Source of the DNA: Octopus sinensis
Taxonomy: Eukaryota
NCBI RefSeq assembly: GCF_006345805.1
Contig: NC_043006.1
Span: 38,688,001-38,752,000 of the forward strand
DNA length: 64,000 nt
Direction of reading: 5' to 3'
Shown here: positions 27,201 through 41,383 of the stretch, one piece after another
Layout: every line of letters begins with the position of its first letter
Position numbering within the stretch: the stretch's first letter is position 1
Translations under genes and position numbers: made by a program
The notes under the pieces: model-generated
What the model was told of the DNA's origin: nothing
Seen by the model: the letters and a program-made list of their open reading frames with translations, nothing else
Databases searched by the model: none

Positions 27201-29715
27201 TAAATTTCTCTTTAAATCTTTTAATCATACCAAATTATATCTTATATTTTGCTCCATTATTCCACTCTGCAATCACCTTTTATTTACCAGAATAGATATT
27301 ACATACATTACTTACATACTTTAATTTTTGCGCAACAATTTTTCTTATTTCTTCCTTAATTTCTTTATATCTGACACAAAATATTTCCATACCTCCCTCT
27401 TTGCCACTGAATTTACTAACAATAATAAATTCTGTATAATTTCCTTATATGCTCCTTTAAATTGCTTTCTCTCTGTTAAATTATGAACATTAATTTTTAA
27501 TATTTGTTCCCTCTTTCATCAGTTATTATAAAACCTTGTATTAAATATATGAAATTTTGGAAACAAAAATATATGAATATTTATTAAATTATGTTATTTA
27601 AACCATCTTCACCATTACCCCAATCACTTATGAAACAATGTTTTATAAAATATAATGCACTTTAGCTTCCCAATTCAATCAAATTAAATAACTTTTTATC
27701 TAATTTATTAGATACAAGTCACCAGTTCAGTTTCTTCTCTTCAACCCAGAGTAGCAATTTATACAGGATGCCATTGTCGTTTATAACAGTTAGCTTTTAA
27801 ATCAACTCAATTTTACACCAGATATGCAGAGATTCATACACACATGTATGTGTCTGTGTGTGTAAACCAGTGTGAGTGAGGACGCATGGATATACGTGTG
27901 TGTGTGTGTATGTGTGTCTCTCTCTCTCTCTCTCTAAATATATATATACTTTTATATTCTTTTCATTGTTTCAGTCATTTGACTGCGGCCATGTAGGAGC
28001 ACCACCTTTAGTCAAGTAAATAGACCCCAGGACTTATGTTTAGCCTAGTACTTGTTTTATTGGTCTCTTTTGCTGAACTGCTAAATTATGGGGTGTAAAC
28101 ACACAAGCATTGGTTGTCAAGTGATGGTGGGACACACACAAACACACACATACACACACATATACGACAGGTTTCTTTCAGTTTCCATCTACCAAATCCA
28201 CTCGCAAGGCTTTGGTCGGCGTGAAGCTACAGCAGCAGATACTTAGCCAAGGTGCCACACAGTGGGACTGAACTCAGAACCGTGTGATTGGGAAGCAAAC
28301 TTCTTACCACACAGCCATGTCTGTGCCTATATACATATATATCATCAGTATCATTGTCATTTAACGTCCGCTTTCCATGCTGGTATGGGTTGGACAGTTT
28401 GACTGAGGACTGGTGAACCAGATGGCTGCACCAGGCTCCAATGTGATCTGGATGCCCTTCCTAACGCTAACCATTCTGACAGTGTAGTGGGTGCTTTTAT
28501 ATGCCACCAGCATGAAGGCTAGTCAGGCAGTACTGGCAATGACCACTCAGAAAGGGTGTTTTTTTACATACCACCCGCAAAGGAGCCAGTCTGGCAGCAC
28601 TGACAATGATCATGCTCAAATGTTGTTTTTCATGTGCCAGTAAGGCAACACTGGCAATGATCACACTTGAATGGTGCTTTTTACATGCCACCTGCACGGG
28701 CACCAGTCAGCAGCCCTGGCAATGATAATGTTTTATATATTCATAACCCATAAAAACCAGGAGAGGTGAATATATTTATTTAACTAATTGTCATCCTTAG
28801 GATTACAGTTGTTTCACAGCCGTCTTTATGTAATAATATTTTCAGTGTGTAATAAATTATGTTTACATGTCTGCACAAATATATATGCTATGCATTATAC
28901 AATGCAAACGTATATTTGCAAATCAGTGCATATTAAGAGAACAGGTACATCAGCGCAAAGAAGTCTAAAATACCAAATTTCACCCAAAATGTATCCGTCA
29001 ACCAGAGAAACTTGTCAAAGGTGCTGTGAGAGGGGGTTGAACCAAGAACCAAGTGATTACAAACTGAACTTCATAGCCATACCATACACCTTAATGTAAC
29101 ATGTTTCCCTACTTTTAGCTTTCCTGAATTAAGTGATCTTGAAGAGATCCTCATGCTTAATAGATGTCCAATAATGTCACCAACATACAACATCGACGGT
29201 ATCATTGACAAACAGAGCCCAACAACAACAAATGTTACAAGGAAAATAATGAAAGCCACTTAAAGCACAAACTGTAGAAAAGGAATGAATTTATTCAATA
29301 GCAAATAAATAAATAAATATTTTCCTTCTTTATCTTGCATTCTTAAGTAGCTTTCGGTATTTTCCTATACTTACATGATAATAATTTGGGTAAATAGCAA
29401 AATCCTACAATGGAATTGCTATAGAAATGGAAATGAGAGAAAGAGAGAGGTGAGGAGAATAGAAGGGAATGTGTGTGTGTGTGTGTGTGTGGGAGATAAT
29501 GCAAGGAAATGTATGTATAAGAATGGGCATTGATGAGGTGTATATGGGTAGGTTTAGCATGAAGCGTGTGGAAGACAAGCCAGATATCTTTTCACATCTA
29601 GAGATAGAATGACATTATTGTTTGCTTCTAGCCTTCGGTTTACAAACGGTGAACAAGCACACATGTAGATGAGGGGAACATGGAATCTCTCACACAAATA
29701 CATGTACACACAGAA

Positions 29716-29796
<81 letters not shown>

Positions 29797-30695
29797 CACG
29801 TACATATATGCGCATATATATATATATATGCATATATGTACATGTATACATATACATATATATATATATATGTATATACACACACACACATATATATATA
29901 TGCATATATATATATATATATATACATACATACGATGATGATGATGATGATATATACATATATACATATATACATACATACATACATACATGTATATATA
30001 CATATATATATATTTATGTATATGTGTTAACATACATGTGTATATATGTATACACACACACACACACATGACAGACTTATTTCTTTTCCTGGGTACCAAA
30101 TCCTTTCACAGGGGCTTTCGTCAGGCTTCGTTTATAGCGCTGTACTCCTAAAGGGAGCAGAGATAATAAAAACAGTGGAATAAATTTTATGCTGTGACAT
30201 AGAAGATCCTCCAGAGCAAAAGAGAGAGAGAGAGAGAGAGAAAGTAATCCTGTTCCTTATGTGCTTCTGTACATTATGTTACAACTATTCTTCTTACAAC
30301 AATGGACGCAGAACACAGTTGCTTATCTTGTAGAATATTTCATGTTTTGGAGTAATATTCACCATGTGTTATATTTTATCTTATGGTAATTTCATCGATG
30401 CAAACTACTTCAAGTTCATATGTACTCTCTATATATTACCTTGCGGCAGTTTATATTGGATAGTATCCTATTTTGTGTTTTTTTTACTCTGTTATTGTTT
30501 AGCATGGGGGTGGGGTCAGCCACAACTGACCAGGCTTATTATTAAAGGTGTTCCAGTCTAAGGTTGACCTCATCAAAATTTGAATTCAAAATGTAAAGCT
30601 GGCAGGAATGCCACCAAGCTCATTTTGTGGCAGAGTAATTCTGCCAGCTAACCACCTTATTGATAATAATAATGATGATGATGATGATAGTAATG

Positions 30696-30747
<52 letters not shown>

Positions 30748-30786
30748 TGATGATGATGATAATAATAGTAATAATAATCATAAAGG

Positions 30787-31389
30787 TATTGGAGCAGGGG
30801 TATTGCATGGACAGTAGACGAACTAAACAGCTTAGACAGAAAGACAAAGAAGTTACTAACTAGATATGGGTCACTCCACCCAAAAAGTGACACAGACAAA
30901 CTGTATGTACCAAAAAAAAGAGGGAGAAGAGGACTTGGTGGATGTGAACACAGGATTAAAGAAGAAGAAAACAATGTAGCATGGTATGTAAAAAATGCCA
31001 CAGAACTGCTATTATTAGAAGTAAGAAGGTCAGGCTTGTGTAGGATAAAAGATTGCAAAGATAAAGCACTATACAAGAAATTGAAAATGAATGAAACTGA
31101 AAATAGGTGGGTAAAGAAAAGAATGCATGGTCAATTTCAGAGGGATGTTGAAGATAAGATAGACAGAGAAAAAAGATGGCTGTGGATGACTAAAAGTGAT
31201 TTAAAACCGGAAATGGAGGCTCTAATCTGTGCTGCCCAAGAGCAAGCACTAAGAACAAACTGCATAAAATACAGAATAGACAACACAGTAGAAAGTGATA
31301 AGTGCAGAATCTGTGGACAAAACGGTGAAACTGTATCGCATATTACCAGCCAATGTACGCCACTAGCCCAGAAGGAATATAAGAGACAT
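30787..31389 (+). mobile_element. R4/Dong-clade fragment (RT thumb region and CCHC finger)
   Basis: LHPKSDTDKLYVP...G.RGL...W..KRMHGQF...LKPEMEALICAAQEQALRTN...KCRICGQNGETVSHITSQC; between TAA tracts. Confidence 0.9.
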
Positions 31390-31622
31390 AATAATAATAA
31401 TAATAATAATCTTTTCTACTCTATGCACAAGGCCTGAAATTTTTGCGGAGGGGGCCAGTTGATTAGCTTAGCCCTTGTATGCAACTGGTACTAAATTCGT
31501 TTACCAAGAAAGGATGAAAGGCAAAGCCTACTTTGGCAGAATTTGAACTCAGAATGTAAAGACAGATGAAATACTGCTAAGCATTTTGCCCAGCATGCTA
31601 ATGTTTCTGCCAGCTTACTGCC

Positions 31623-31657
<35 letters not shown>

Positions 31658-31813
31658 TTAGTGTCCGCTTTCCATGCTAGCATGGGTTGGACAGTTCAAC
31701 TGGGGTCTGGGAAGCCAGAAGGCTGTGCCAAGCCCAGTCTGATCTGGCAGTGTTTCTACAGCTGGATGCCCTTCCTAACGCCAACCACTTCGTTAATAAT
31801 GATAATAATAATG

Positions 31814-31844
<31 letters not shown>

Positions 31845-33533
31845 TCTACTGTTAGCATAAGGTCTGAAATTTTGTGGGGAGGAGGTTAATCAATTATGTC
31901 AACACCAGAGCTTAACTGGTACTTAGTTTAATGCCTCCCCACCCACCCACCCCAAAAAATGTACGGCAAGGTCGACTTTGGTGGCATTTGAACTTAGGAT
32001 CTAAAGAGTTGAAAGAAATGTCACTTTGCATTTTGTCTGAAATTGAAATGATTCTGCTAGCTTGCCACCTAAATAATGATGATGATGATGATAATGATGA
32101 TAATGATGATGATGATGATGATAATGATGATAATGATGATGATGATGATGATGGTGGTGGTGATGATAATGGTGGTGATGATGATAAATCTATAAAAATT
32201 TAAGAACCTTCCAATAAATTGCTATGATAGTTTGGGAAACAACAAACGCCAAGATTAAGGAGACAAGTCTATCCTGAGAACCATTAATTCAAGAGATTAT
32301 ATGCTTAAGATGATTTCTTTCTTTGAATGTGTGCACATTTGCATATATATATGTGTGTGAATGTGCATTTATGCATGCAAGGCTGTGTGTTTAAGTGCAC
32401 AAGCCTGTACATGACAATACATGTGGTAATGCACACATGCAATTGTATGTGTACATGCGAATTTATGCATGCAAGACTGTGTATATATGTATGCTTGTAT
32501 TCAAGTGCATGTGGGTGTCCATGTATATATATAAGTGTGCACATGCAAATGTTTGTGTGCAGATGCATTCATGTGTGCAGGACTGTATGTGTTCATAAAC
32601 GTTTGGGGTTAAGTGCACATGTGTACCCAATACTTTATGTGCAAGTGTGTACAGCAAATGTGCACACTTGCATCTGAATATATGTGCAGAAGGCAGCATG
32701 TGTACACATGTATGTCTGCGTTGAATTACATGTGCATGCACATGTCAGTATGTATAGGTGCACACACAAATGTATGTGCATGTGCATTTATGCATGCAAG
32801 ATAGTGCGTACGTGTACACATGTATGCTTGTGTTCAAATTCACATATGTATGCGCGTGTGTGTGACAATATATATATGTATGTCCGTACAAGTAGCTACG
32901 TGTGAGTCGTCCTCTCCTTAATGAGAATAATTATGAATATTTATTCGACAAAACGGAGACTATAGTTCACAAGGTTGAAAGGGCTCATTTGATTTGTTTG
33001 TTGGCATAAATCACATCCCTTCCACACACACATACAGACTACACACACACACATACACTGATACGCTCACAGACAGATACACTGTTCCACATACAGCCAT
33101 ACACACACCCATACAACTGTATTCGTAATGTTTATGTCGCCATACACCTTAAGGGGTGCTGCATTCTATTGCAAATATATGTGATTAATCCCGAATTTAT
33201 GTAAAAGCACATATTTGTATGTACACACATGTACGTGTGTATGTGTGTGTACGTGAGTGTGTGCATATGTAGGTATGTATATATCTATATATATATATAT
33301 CTACCTATGTAAAAAATATGTGTCTGTGTCTGTATATATGTGTGTGTGTTTGTGTGTGTACAGGCGTGGCTGTGTAGTAAGTAGCTTGCTTACCAATCAC
33401 ACGGTTCTGGGTTCAGTCCCACTGCATGGCACCTTGGGCAAGTGCCTTCTACTATAGCCTCAGGCCGACCAAAGCCTTGTGAGTGGATTTGGTAGATGGA
33501 AACCCATTGTATATATATATAAGAAGCCCATTG

Positions 33534-33568
<35 letters not shown>

Positions 33569-33742
33569 ATGCAGTTGTGTGTCTGTGTTTGTCCCTCCAC
33601 CATCGCTTGATACAGATGTTGGTGTGTTTATCTTCCTGTAACCTGTTGGTTCCGCAAAAGAGACTGATAGAATAAGTACTAGGCTTACACAGAACTTATC
33701 TATCTATCTATCGATCTATCTATCTATCTATCTATCTATATG

Positions 33743-34200
33743 AAATTAGTGTATATTTAAACACATATGAGGTGCCTTGACAAGACACCTAGTATACTAG
33801 AAGGACTGTGCTTGCGTGATGGATTTGAAAAATAATATATACAGATGAGATATGCGCTATTCTGCCTCATACTTATATGTTAATCTTTGCCATACTCATT
33901 GATAAGAACTTTGCCTAGCAAATTATTTTATTTGCTAATTAAAGTTCGAAACAATGGTCATGTTACTAAATATGGTAAAGGTTTTTATTTTTCATTCCCT
34001 TCGAAATTACCCCTAACTGTGATTTGGATTTGACTGTTCCTTCTAGAATGATAGGTGTCCTGTCAAGGAACCTCTTATGTGTTTAAATGTACACTAATTT
34101 TATTTGAATAATATATAGTCTATTGACTATTTCCTGCATGCTAGGCCACTGGTAGAAAAAGTTTCTATAATTTTTCCTACCCTGTATATTTTTCCTAATA
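33743..34200 (+). mobile_element. PLE-like terminal fragment with ~63-bp inverted arm and decayed hammerhead (33897-33962)
   Basis: 33743-33805 is inverted at ~34038-34100; CAT-TGATAA-GAACTTT...AAAGTTC-GAAA-CAATGG-TC-ATG. Confidence 0.55.
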
Positions 34201-34243
34201 CACACATACATACACACACAGATATATATATATCAAAAGAAGC

Positions 34244-34477
34244 AACAAGGATATCCAGAGGTAATACAGTAAGATCGTTTCATGCAACTCCATTTAATTG
34301 AACAATGCAATCATTACATCAAATTAAAATGTAGAGGAATCTTCAGCTGCAAATGTAGAGCAATCTTTGTGCAGCTGAGGATTACTCTGCATTTTAAATT
34401 GATGTAATGATTGCATTGTTCAATTAAATGGAGTTGCATGAAACGATAGTACAGCATTACCTCTGGATATCCTTGTT
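34244..34477. mobile_element. Fold-back PLE terminus: 108-bp inverted arms with 18-nt spacer, each arm holding a hammerhead-like core
   Basis: Arms 34244-34351 and 34370-34477. Plus: TGCAG-CTGAGGA...GAAA-CGATAG-TA-CAGCA. Minus: TGCAG-CTGAAGA...GAAA-CGATCT-TA-CTGTA. The base of stem II is imperfect. Confidence 0.7.
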
Positions 34478-35080
34478 CCTTATTTTAATTTTAATGACCT
34501 TATTTTGAAATTGCATGGATAATACCGTACTAAATTCTGGTGCCTCAGCTTAAGTACCATATTTATCTGAACCTAAATTTTTGCTGAACTTATATATATT
34601 CACCCCTTAGATAACACATGAAAATATACGAATCAGTAGTAATCGATATTAAAAAAAAAAAATTGGTGTTCTAATGGTTATTATGATGTGTGTTCCAGTC
34701 AACATTGTAGCTAGAGTGTGTGCTACCCAGGGTGGCCCTTCAGTTTGCAGCATCTGGGCCTCCACAAAAAATACAGCAGACCCAAAAGTGGGGCCACTCC
34801 CATAAAAGTGCTGCCAGGGGTGGTCCACACCCATTCACCCCACTCTAGCTACGCTAGTAGTTCCAGTTGACCCAATCAATGAAACAGCCTGCTCATGAAA
34901 TTATTGCACAAGTGGCCTGATGCTATAGTAGAAGACACTTGCCCAAGTTGCCACGCAGTAGAGCTGAACAAGGAACTATGTGGTTGTGAAGCAAATTTCT
35001 TACCACCCAGCCATACCTATAGACACACTCACATGTATTATATATCATTACCATTTAACCATTTAACACGTGCTTTCTAT

Positions 35081-35341
35081 ACTGTTCTATATTTAAGAGA
35101 TGAGGAATTATGTACATTATTTACATTATTTACATTTGACAGACATTTGTCCTCATCTTGTTTGTTGTTAACACAACGTTTTGGCTGATGTTAGTAGCCT
35201 GCTCTTTTATTCACTACGCCATATACCCATGGGCATATGGCATAGTGATTAAAACAGCAGGCTACTAACTCCAAGATTCTGAGTTCATTACCAGGCAGTG
35301 AGCTGAATGATAATAATAATAATAAAATAATAATAATAATA

Positions 35342-35426
<85 letters not shown>

Positions 35427-35587
35427 CAACAACAACAGCAACAATAACATTAAAAAATACCTCAGGAATGAGAACCCAGGTTCGAAATTTCCCCAGGACA
35501 TTTGATGAAGGCTGGAAAGTATATCAGCTAAAACGTTGTGTTAACAACAAACAAGATGAGGACAAATATCTGTCAAATGTAAATAAT
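35081..35587 (+). mobile_element. PLE module (tRNA-like head, triplet tract, decayed hammerhead) with two inverted 5' segments and 11-bp target site duplication
   Basis: GTGCTTTCTAT at 35070-35080 and 35588-35598; inverted tail 35081-35188; head palindrome 35191-35269. Confidence 0.8.
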
Positions 35588-36294
35588 GTGCTTTCTATGT
35601 TGGCATGTGTTGGGTGTGATCTTGTTGTTCAGGTCAACTTCTAATTTGGAGTTTCTGTTGTTGGACATTGGTGAGGAACTGAATCTTGCTGCCATGTTAC
35701 AAGTTAAGTATAGTTTCTATTTCTAGATGTCTTTAAAGACCATTTTACAGACTGTCCTGACATTCCTGAGTCCGACATTTAGTAGCACCAGTCCTGAGGA
35801 TGTGTGCGTTTGTGTGTGTATATGAATGTATGTGTGCACATGTGTATGTGTGTGTGTGTGTTTGTAGACATGGCAGAGTGGCTGAGAAGTTAATTTTGTA
35901 ATCAAGAGGTTCAGGTTTCGATTCCATTGCATAGTAGGCAAATATTTACCATAACCTCAGATCAACCAACATCTTTCGAATGAAGGTGGATACATGGAAA
36001 CTGCGAGGAAACCTTTCAACAAGAATTGCCACATTATGTAATGTTGCTTCTTTACATTATGTGAAGCAGATTTTACCTAAAGGTTATATTAAGAGACCAA
36101 TTATCTGTGGGATACTCAGCCACATGCATACTAATTCAATGACTATGTATTTCCAATGATCAAAGAACAGGAATATTCACCAGTGAAAACACAAGCAGAC
36201 CCATTTGCATATATGCTGTTGCATACATAAATCCTCACACACAAACACATATATACATATACTTGCATGCATACATGCATGCATCCATCCATCC

Positions 36295-36329
<35 letters not shown>

Positions 36330-36364
36330 TATATGCATAAACACATGCAATGCAAGCAATGTAC

Positions 36365-36403
<39 letters not shown>

Positions 36404-37050
36404 TATACATGCACACACACAGACACATAGACATATTCACACATATATGTGTGTGTGTGTAGTTTATATGTAGATACATAACATTGCACACATACTCCAC
36501 CAGCCCTTCTCGTTCTTCATGTTCTTCTTGGCGTCAATTCTACAGAAACAGTTTAATGAATTCTGAAAGAAGTTATTAACAAGTGAGCCAAAAATGTAAG
36601 AAGAATAAAAAAAAAGGTTGTAAAAAGGTAAATAAATAGAAATACTAAAAGAAAATAACTTAAGAAAAAAAGAACCAGCAAAAATAATAAACAAAAAAAA
36701 ACAAAAGCAAGCCAGCTCGTGTGAATTTCTGTCTAATTTAAATAAACCCACACACACATAAATATAAACACACATTCACACATTCCAATATAGACACGTA
36801 CAAACATAAAAAGGTATATATATATATTACACATATGCATGTATAAATTTAAACACACATACACATAAATAAATATAAACACATGTATATTTGAATACAG
36901 ATACATACAAACACACGCACACATACACACACACATAAATATATATATATATATAATATATATATATACATACACACACATCCACATGGATAAATTTAAA
37001 CACACACACATGCATACTAAGAATCATGCAATACACATATACACATTTAC

Positions 37051-37081
<31 letters not shown>

Positions 37082-37931
37082 CACATAGATACACACACAC
37101 ACAACACACACACACACACACAAATGTGTATACATACACATGCAAATACATCTGTAGATATATATATATATGCAAAATTCAAATAATCAAGTGTTATTTG
37201 GACATGTATGTATGTGCAACACACACAGAAGCATGCACACGCACCAACACACACTTATATACACTTACACATACACACAAACACATACAAACACACACAT
37301 ATATATACAGCAACAGTCGTACTCTCCCACAAACACACACACACACATGTACACGCATGCATACACATGCATGCAAATATATACACATGCACATTTAAAA
37401 GCGTGCAGTTGATCACTGACACACAATTTGAGATGAAGAATATGCAGCAATGTTATTCTTCATAAGGCTTATACACACACACACATACATACACACACAC
37501 ACGCAAGTATATATGCATATACACGTGTAATAAATCTACAGGCATCCCTATTGCATTACAAAACTGATGTGTTCTTGGAAATTTTGCCATAATATGGAAT
37601 TCTATAATGGGAAATATGTTCGCATTATGGCATTTCACATTACAAGAAAATGCTCAGGAACGCAATGGATCCATAATGCGAGGTGATGTTTGTATTTTTG
37701 TATATATATATATGTATATATAATAGTAATAATAATAATAATAATAATATTAGGGAATATAATTCCAAGCTTACAGGGAAAAATATACATGTATTATATA
37801 TAATTTACAAGATAAGGGCAGAAGAAAAATTCTAATGCCAGATACGTCGAAACAAAAAATTGTCGATAACCATTAAATTTATGCGTCTTGAAACAAACTG
37901 ATAGAAATCTCTAAAAAAATTCGTTATTATA

Positions 37932-37987
37932 GTATTGGTCCAATTTCAGGGTTAATTCACAAGAAATTTTCCCCTCTTCAGCGGCAC
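37932..37987 (-). ncRNA. Decayed type I hammerhead motif within a probable PLE terminal fragment (~37750-38210)
   Basis: GTGCCG-CTGAAGA-GGGG...CCCT-GAAA-TTGGAC-CAATAC; core boxes and stem II present, helices I and III eroded. Confidence 0.45.
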
Positions 37988-39050
37988 ATACGCGAGATAT
38001 AAATTAAATACTTATTCATACCCATGGAAGAAGCAAGCACCAAGTCCCGAGCAGACTTAAGTACCCCAAATATATCCAAAATAGAAAAATCTTCGGCGCA
38101 CCTCGAGACACATGTGATTCGAACTAGAAACTTTCACAGAGTGATAGAATCCAGAAGTGAGCACTAATCTATTTATCATTGATATAGGATAAAAATTTTT
38201 TCGGGAAAAAAATGTATTATATATTTATAAAAACATGTATTATATATATATATATATATACATATAATTTATGCATACACACACACAGACACACACAAAA
38301 CATGCATGCACATATGTGTGTATGTACATTGCTTAATGTTAGACAAATGAGAAACGGGATTTCAATCCATGTTGTAGATGATTTGGTGTTTAATAAAAAC
38401 TGAAGCTGTGAGTTTATCACATGACTTGAGCTTCACACTGATGCAATCATCAGGTGAAATAGCTTGCTTGATGACTATATAGGCATGAAATCTGAGTAGC
38501 AAGACAAATTCAGCTCCAGCTTGTGGCTGTGTGGTAAGTAGCTTGCTTACCAACCACATGGTTCTGGGTTCAGTCCCACTGCGTGGCACCTTGAGCAAGT
38601 GTCTTCTACTATAACCTCAGGCTGACCAAAGCCTTGTGAGTGGATTTGGTAGACGGAAACTGAAAGAAGCCCATTGTATATATGTATATGTGTGTGTGTG
38701 TGTGTGCGTGTATGTTTGTGTGTGTGTGTTTGTCCCCCCAACATTGCTTGACAACCAATGCTGGTGTGTTTACGTCCCCATAATTTAGCAGTTCGGCAAA
38801 AGAGACCAATAGAATGAGAACTAGGCTTACAAAGAATAAGTCCTAGGGTGGATTTGCTTGACTAAAAGTGGTGCTCCATCATGGCCACAGTCAAATGACT
38901 GAAACAAGTAAAAGAGTATATATATGTGTGTGTGTGTGTGTTGCAAGATGCAACGAAAATTTTAGGAAAATAAAAATAAGTGGAAATTTTACTGGTGAGT
39001 GTGTTACATTATAAGGCACAAAAAGAAAATGACTCTCCCCAGACACAACA

Positions 39051-39099
<49 letters not shown>

Positions 39100-39103
39100 T
39101 ATA

Positions 39104-39967
39104 CAGGGCGCGGTGAATATACTGTCATCTAAATTATGCAAAAATGGAAATAACACTGACATCTCAGATATATTTACCAAAATGACATAAAACTATCTTG
39201 GAATACTAAAGAGTAAATTTATTCAATAAAATCGTCATTGGCTTCAACCAAGGCATTCAGACGACTTCAGAATCTTCTGCAACTCTCCTGGACGGTTTCC
39301 TTGTATAAGTTGGTGAATGCTACCACAAACCTTGCCTTCAGTTCATCTTTGGTGTTACAAGGAGTTTTGTTGGTCTTTCACTTAACTGCACCCAACACAT
39401 AATAATCAAGGGGATTGCAGTCTGGGGAGTTTGGTGGTCAGATGTTGGGGGTGATGTGATCACTGAAATTGTTTGACAGCCATGACTGGGTTCTCCTGCT
39501 TGTGTGTCTTGGTGCAGTGTCCTGTTGCCAGATATAAAGTCTTCCAGCAGACACCCTCTTTAATCAGGGCAGCACCATCTCTTCCAGGGACTTGATGTAG
39601 GCCTCTGTGTGGGTATGATGTCATGTGAGAAGATAAATGGAGGCATAACATCATCATCACTAGTGATCACACCAAATACCACGATGTTGACTGGATGTTT
39701 GATTTTTATCACTCTTGGTACATGTCCTGAGGTTGACACTCAAACACTCTGAAATATGGGTATTAGAGCTTACAGTGTGAATGCCAAGCAGAACAGCATG
39801 TCATTTCCAAATTTCTGGCAGAGTGAATTGCATCATGGTGCTTTTTTTTTCACAGATGGTGCCAAACCGATCCTACTATACTGTGTAGTAGACAAAATCA
39901 AAATTAAACGATGTATATCTGTCAAATTAAAAATATAAATTAGTGACAATTTACCCATCGCACTCTG
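39104..39967 (-). mobile_element. Internally deleted Tc1/mariner element, maT/DD37D-like, with both TIRs
   Basis: Left TIR cagggcgcggtgaatatactgtcatctaaattat versus reverse-complemented right end cagagtgcgatgggtaaattgtcactaatttat; TA flanks; C-terminus PPNSPDCNPLDYYVLG...ELKAR....SCRRF*SRLNALVEA. Confidence 0.85.
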
Positions 39968-41043
39968 TATACACATTATATTTAAATATAAATTTATTTT
40001 CCTCCTTCATTTATAAAATATCCTTCCACCTTCTTATAGTAGCATGAAATTGCAACATTATCACTAACTTCATAATCATGATTAGCACAAGTGAAACCGG
40101 TTGACTATGTAAATATAATATTTCAAAAAATTTTATAAATTTTGTCCAACTGAAAATTTTTTTAGCTAAATTTACATATATATATATATATATGTATACG
40201 TATATATTATATTTGTAAGTGACAGGCTTTTTCGATTTTCACCAACCAAATCTACACACCAGGCTTTGGCTGGTCTGGTGCTATAGTAAAACATATTTTC
40301 TCAAGGTACCATGCAGTGGGACTTGAACTGAAACCCTACAGTTAAGAAGCAAAATTCTTACCACACAGCCATACCTGTGCCTATATAAATATGTATATAT
40401 ATGTATGTATTTCTCTTTCCTTCTCTGTCTGTCTGTCTCTCTATATATATGCATGCATTTAGAAAGAGAGAGAGAGTGAGAGAGGGAGACAGCAGATGAG
40501 ATCCACTGATGCTCAATATAGAAAACACTTAGCACTGTCCGACCTGTAATACCACGCCTTCTCTCCTTAATTTTTTTGTGTCTCTGCTCTCTGTATGAGT
40601 CTGCACTGTTAATATATAAATACATATATTTTTTTCAAACATGAATGTTCATCATCTGAAAATTTGCAGTTCTTGTTTCCCCTCTATTTACATGTATGTA
40701 TATTTTATATATCTAGCCCAACAATTTTTTGTTGGCATCATTATCTTTCTTTCTCAGTATACATACACAAAGGGTAAAAGGGTAAAAAGTTTATGGAAAA
40801 CCAGCAGTCGCCCATGCATAACAGCTTCTCCGCTCTATGTCACTGATGTTATTCAAGGGAAAGTCAAAGGTCGGCATAGCTTGGCACCAATGACGTCGCA
40901 ATTCATTTCTAAATCTGAGTGAACTGCACAACGTGACACAAAGTGTCTTGCTCAAGATCACAATGGGCAGCCCGGACCAGGAACCAAACTCACAATCTAA
41001 TGGTTGTGAGCCCGGTGCTCTATCCACCAAGTCATGCACCATC

Positions 41044-41101
<58 letters not shown>

Positions 41102-41224
41102 AAACTCTGCTAGATCAAGACTGGAGCCTGGTGCAGCCATATGGTTCGCCAGCCCACAGTCAAACCATCCAACCCATGCTAGCATGGAAAGTGGACGTTA
41201 AATGACGATGATGATATATGTATG

Positions 41225-41262
<38 letters not shown>

Positions 41263-41272
41263 CATATATACA

Positions 41273-41318
<46 letters not shown>

Positions 41319-41328
41319 TGTATATATG

Positions 41329-41380
<52 letters not shown>

Positions 41381-41383
<3 letters not shown>

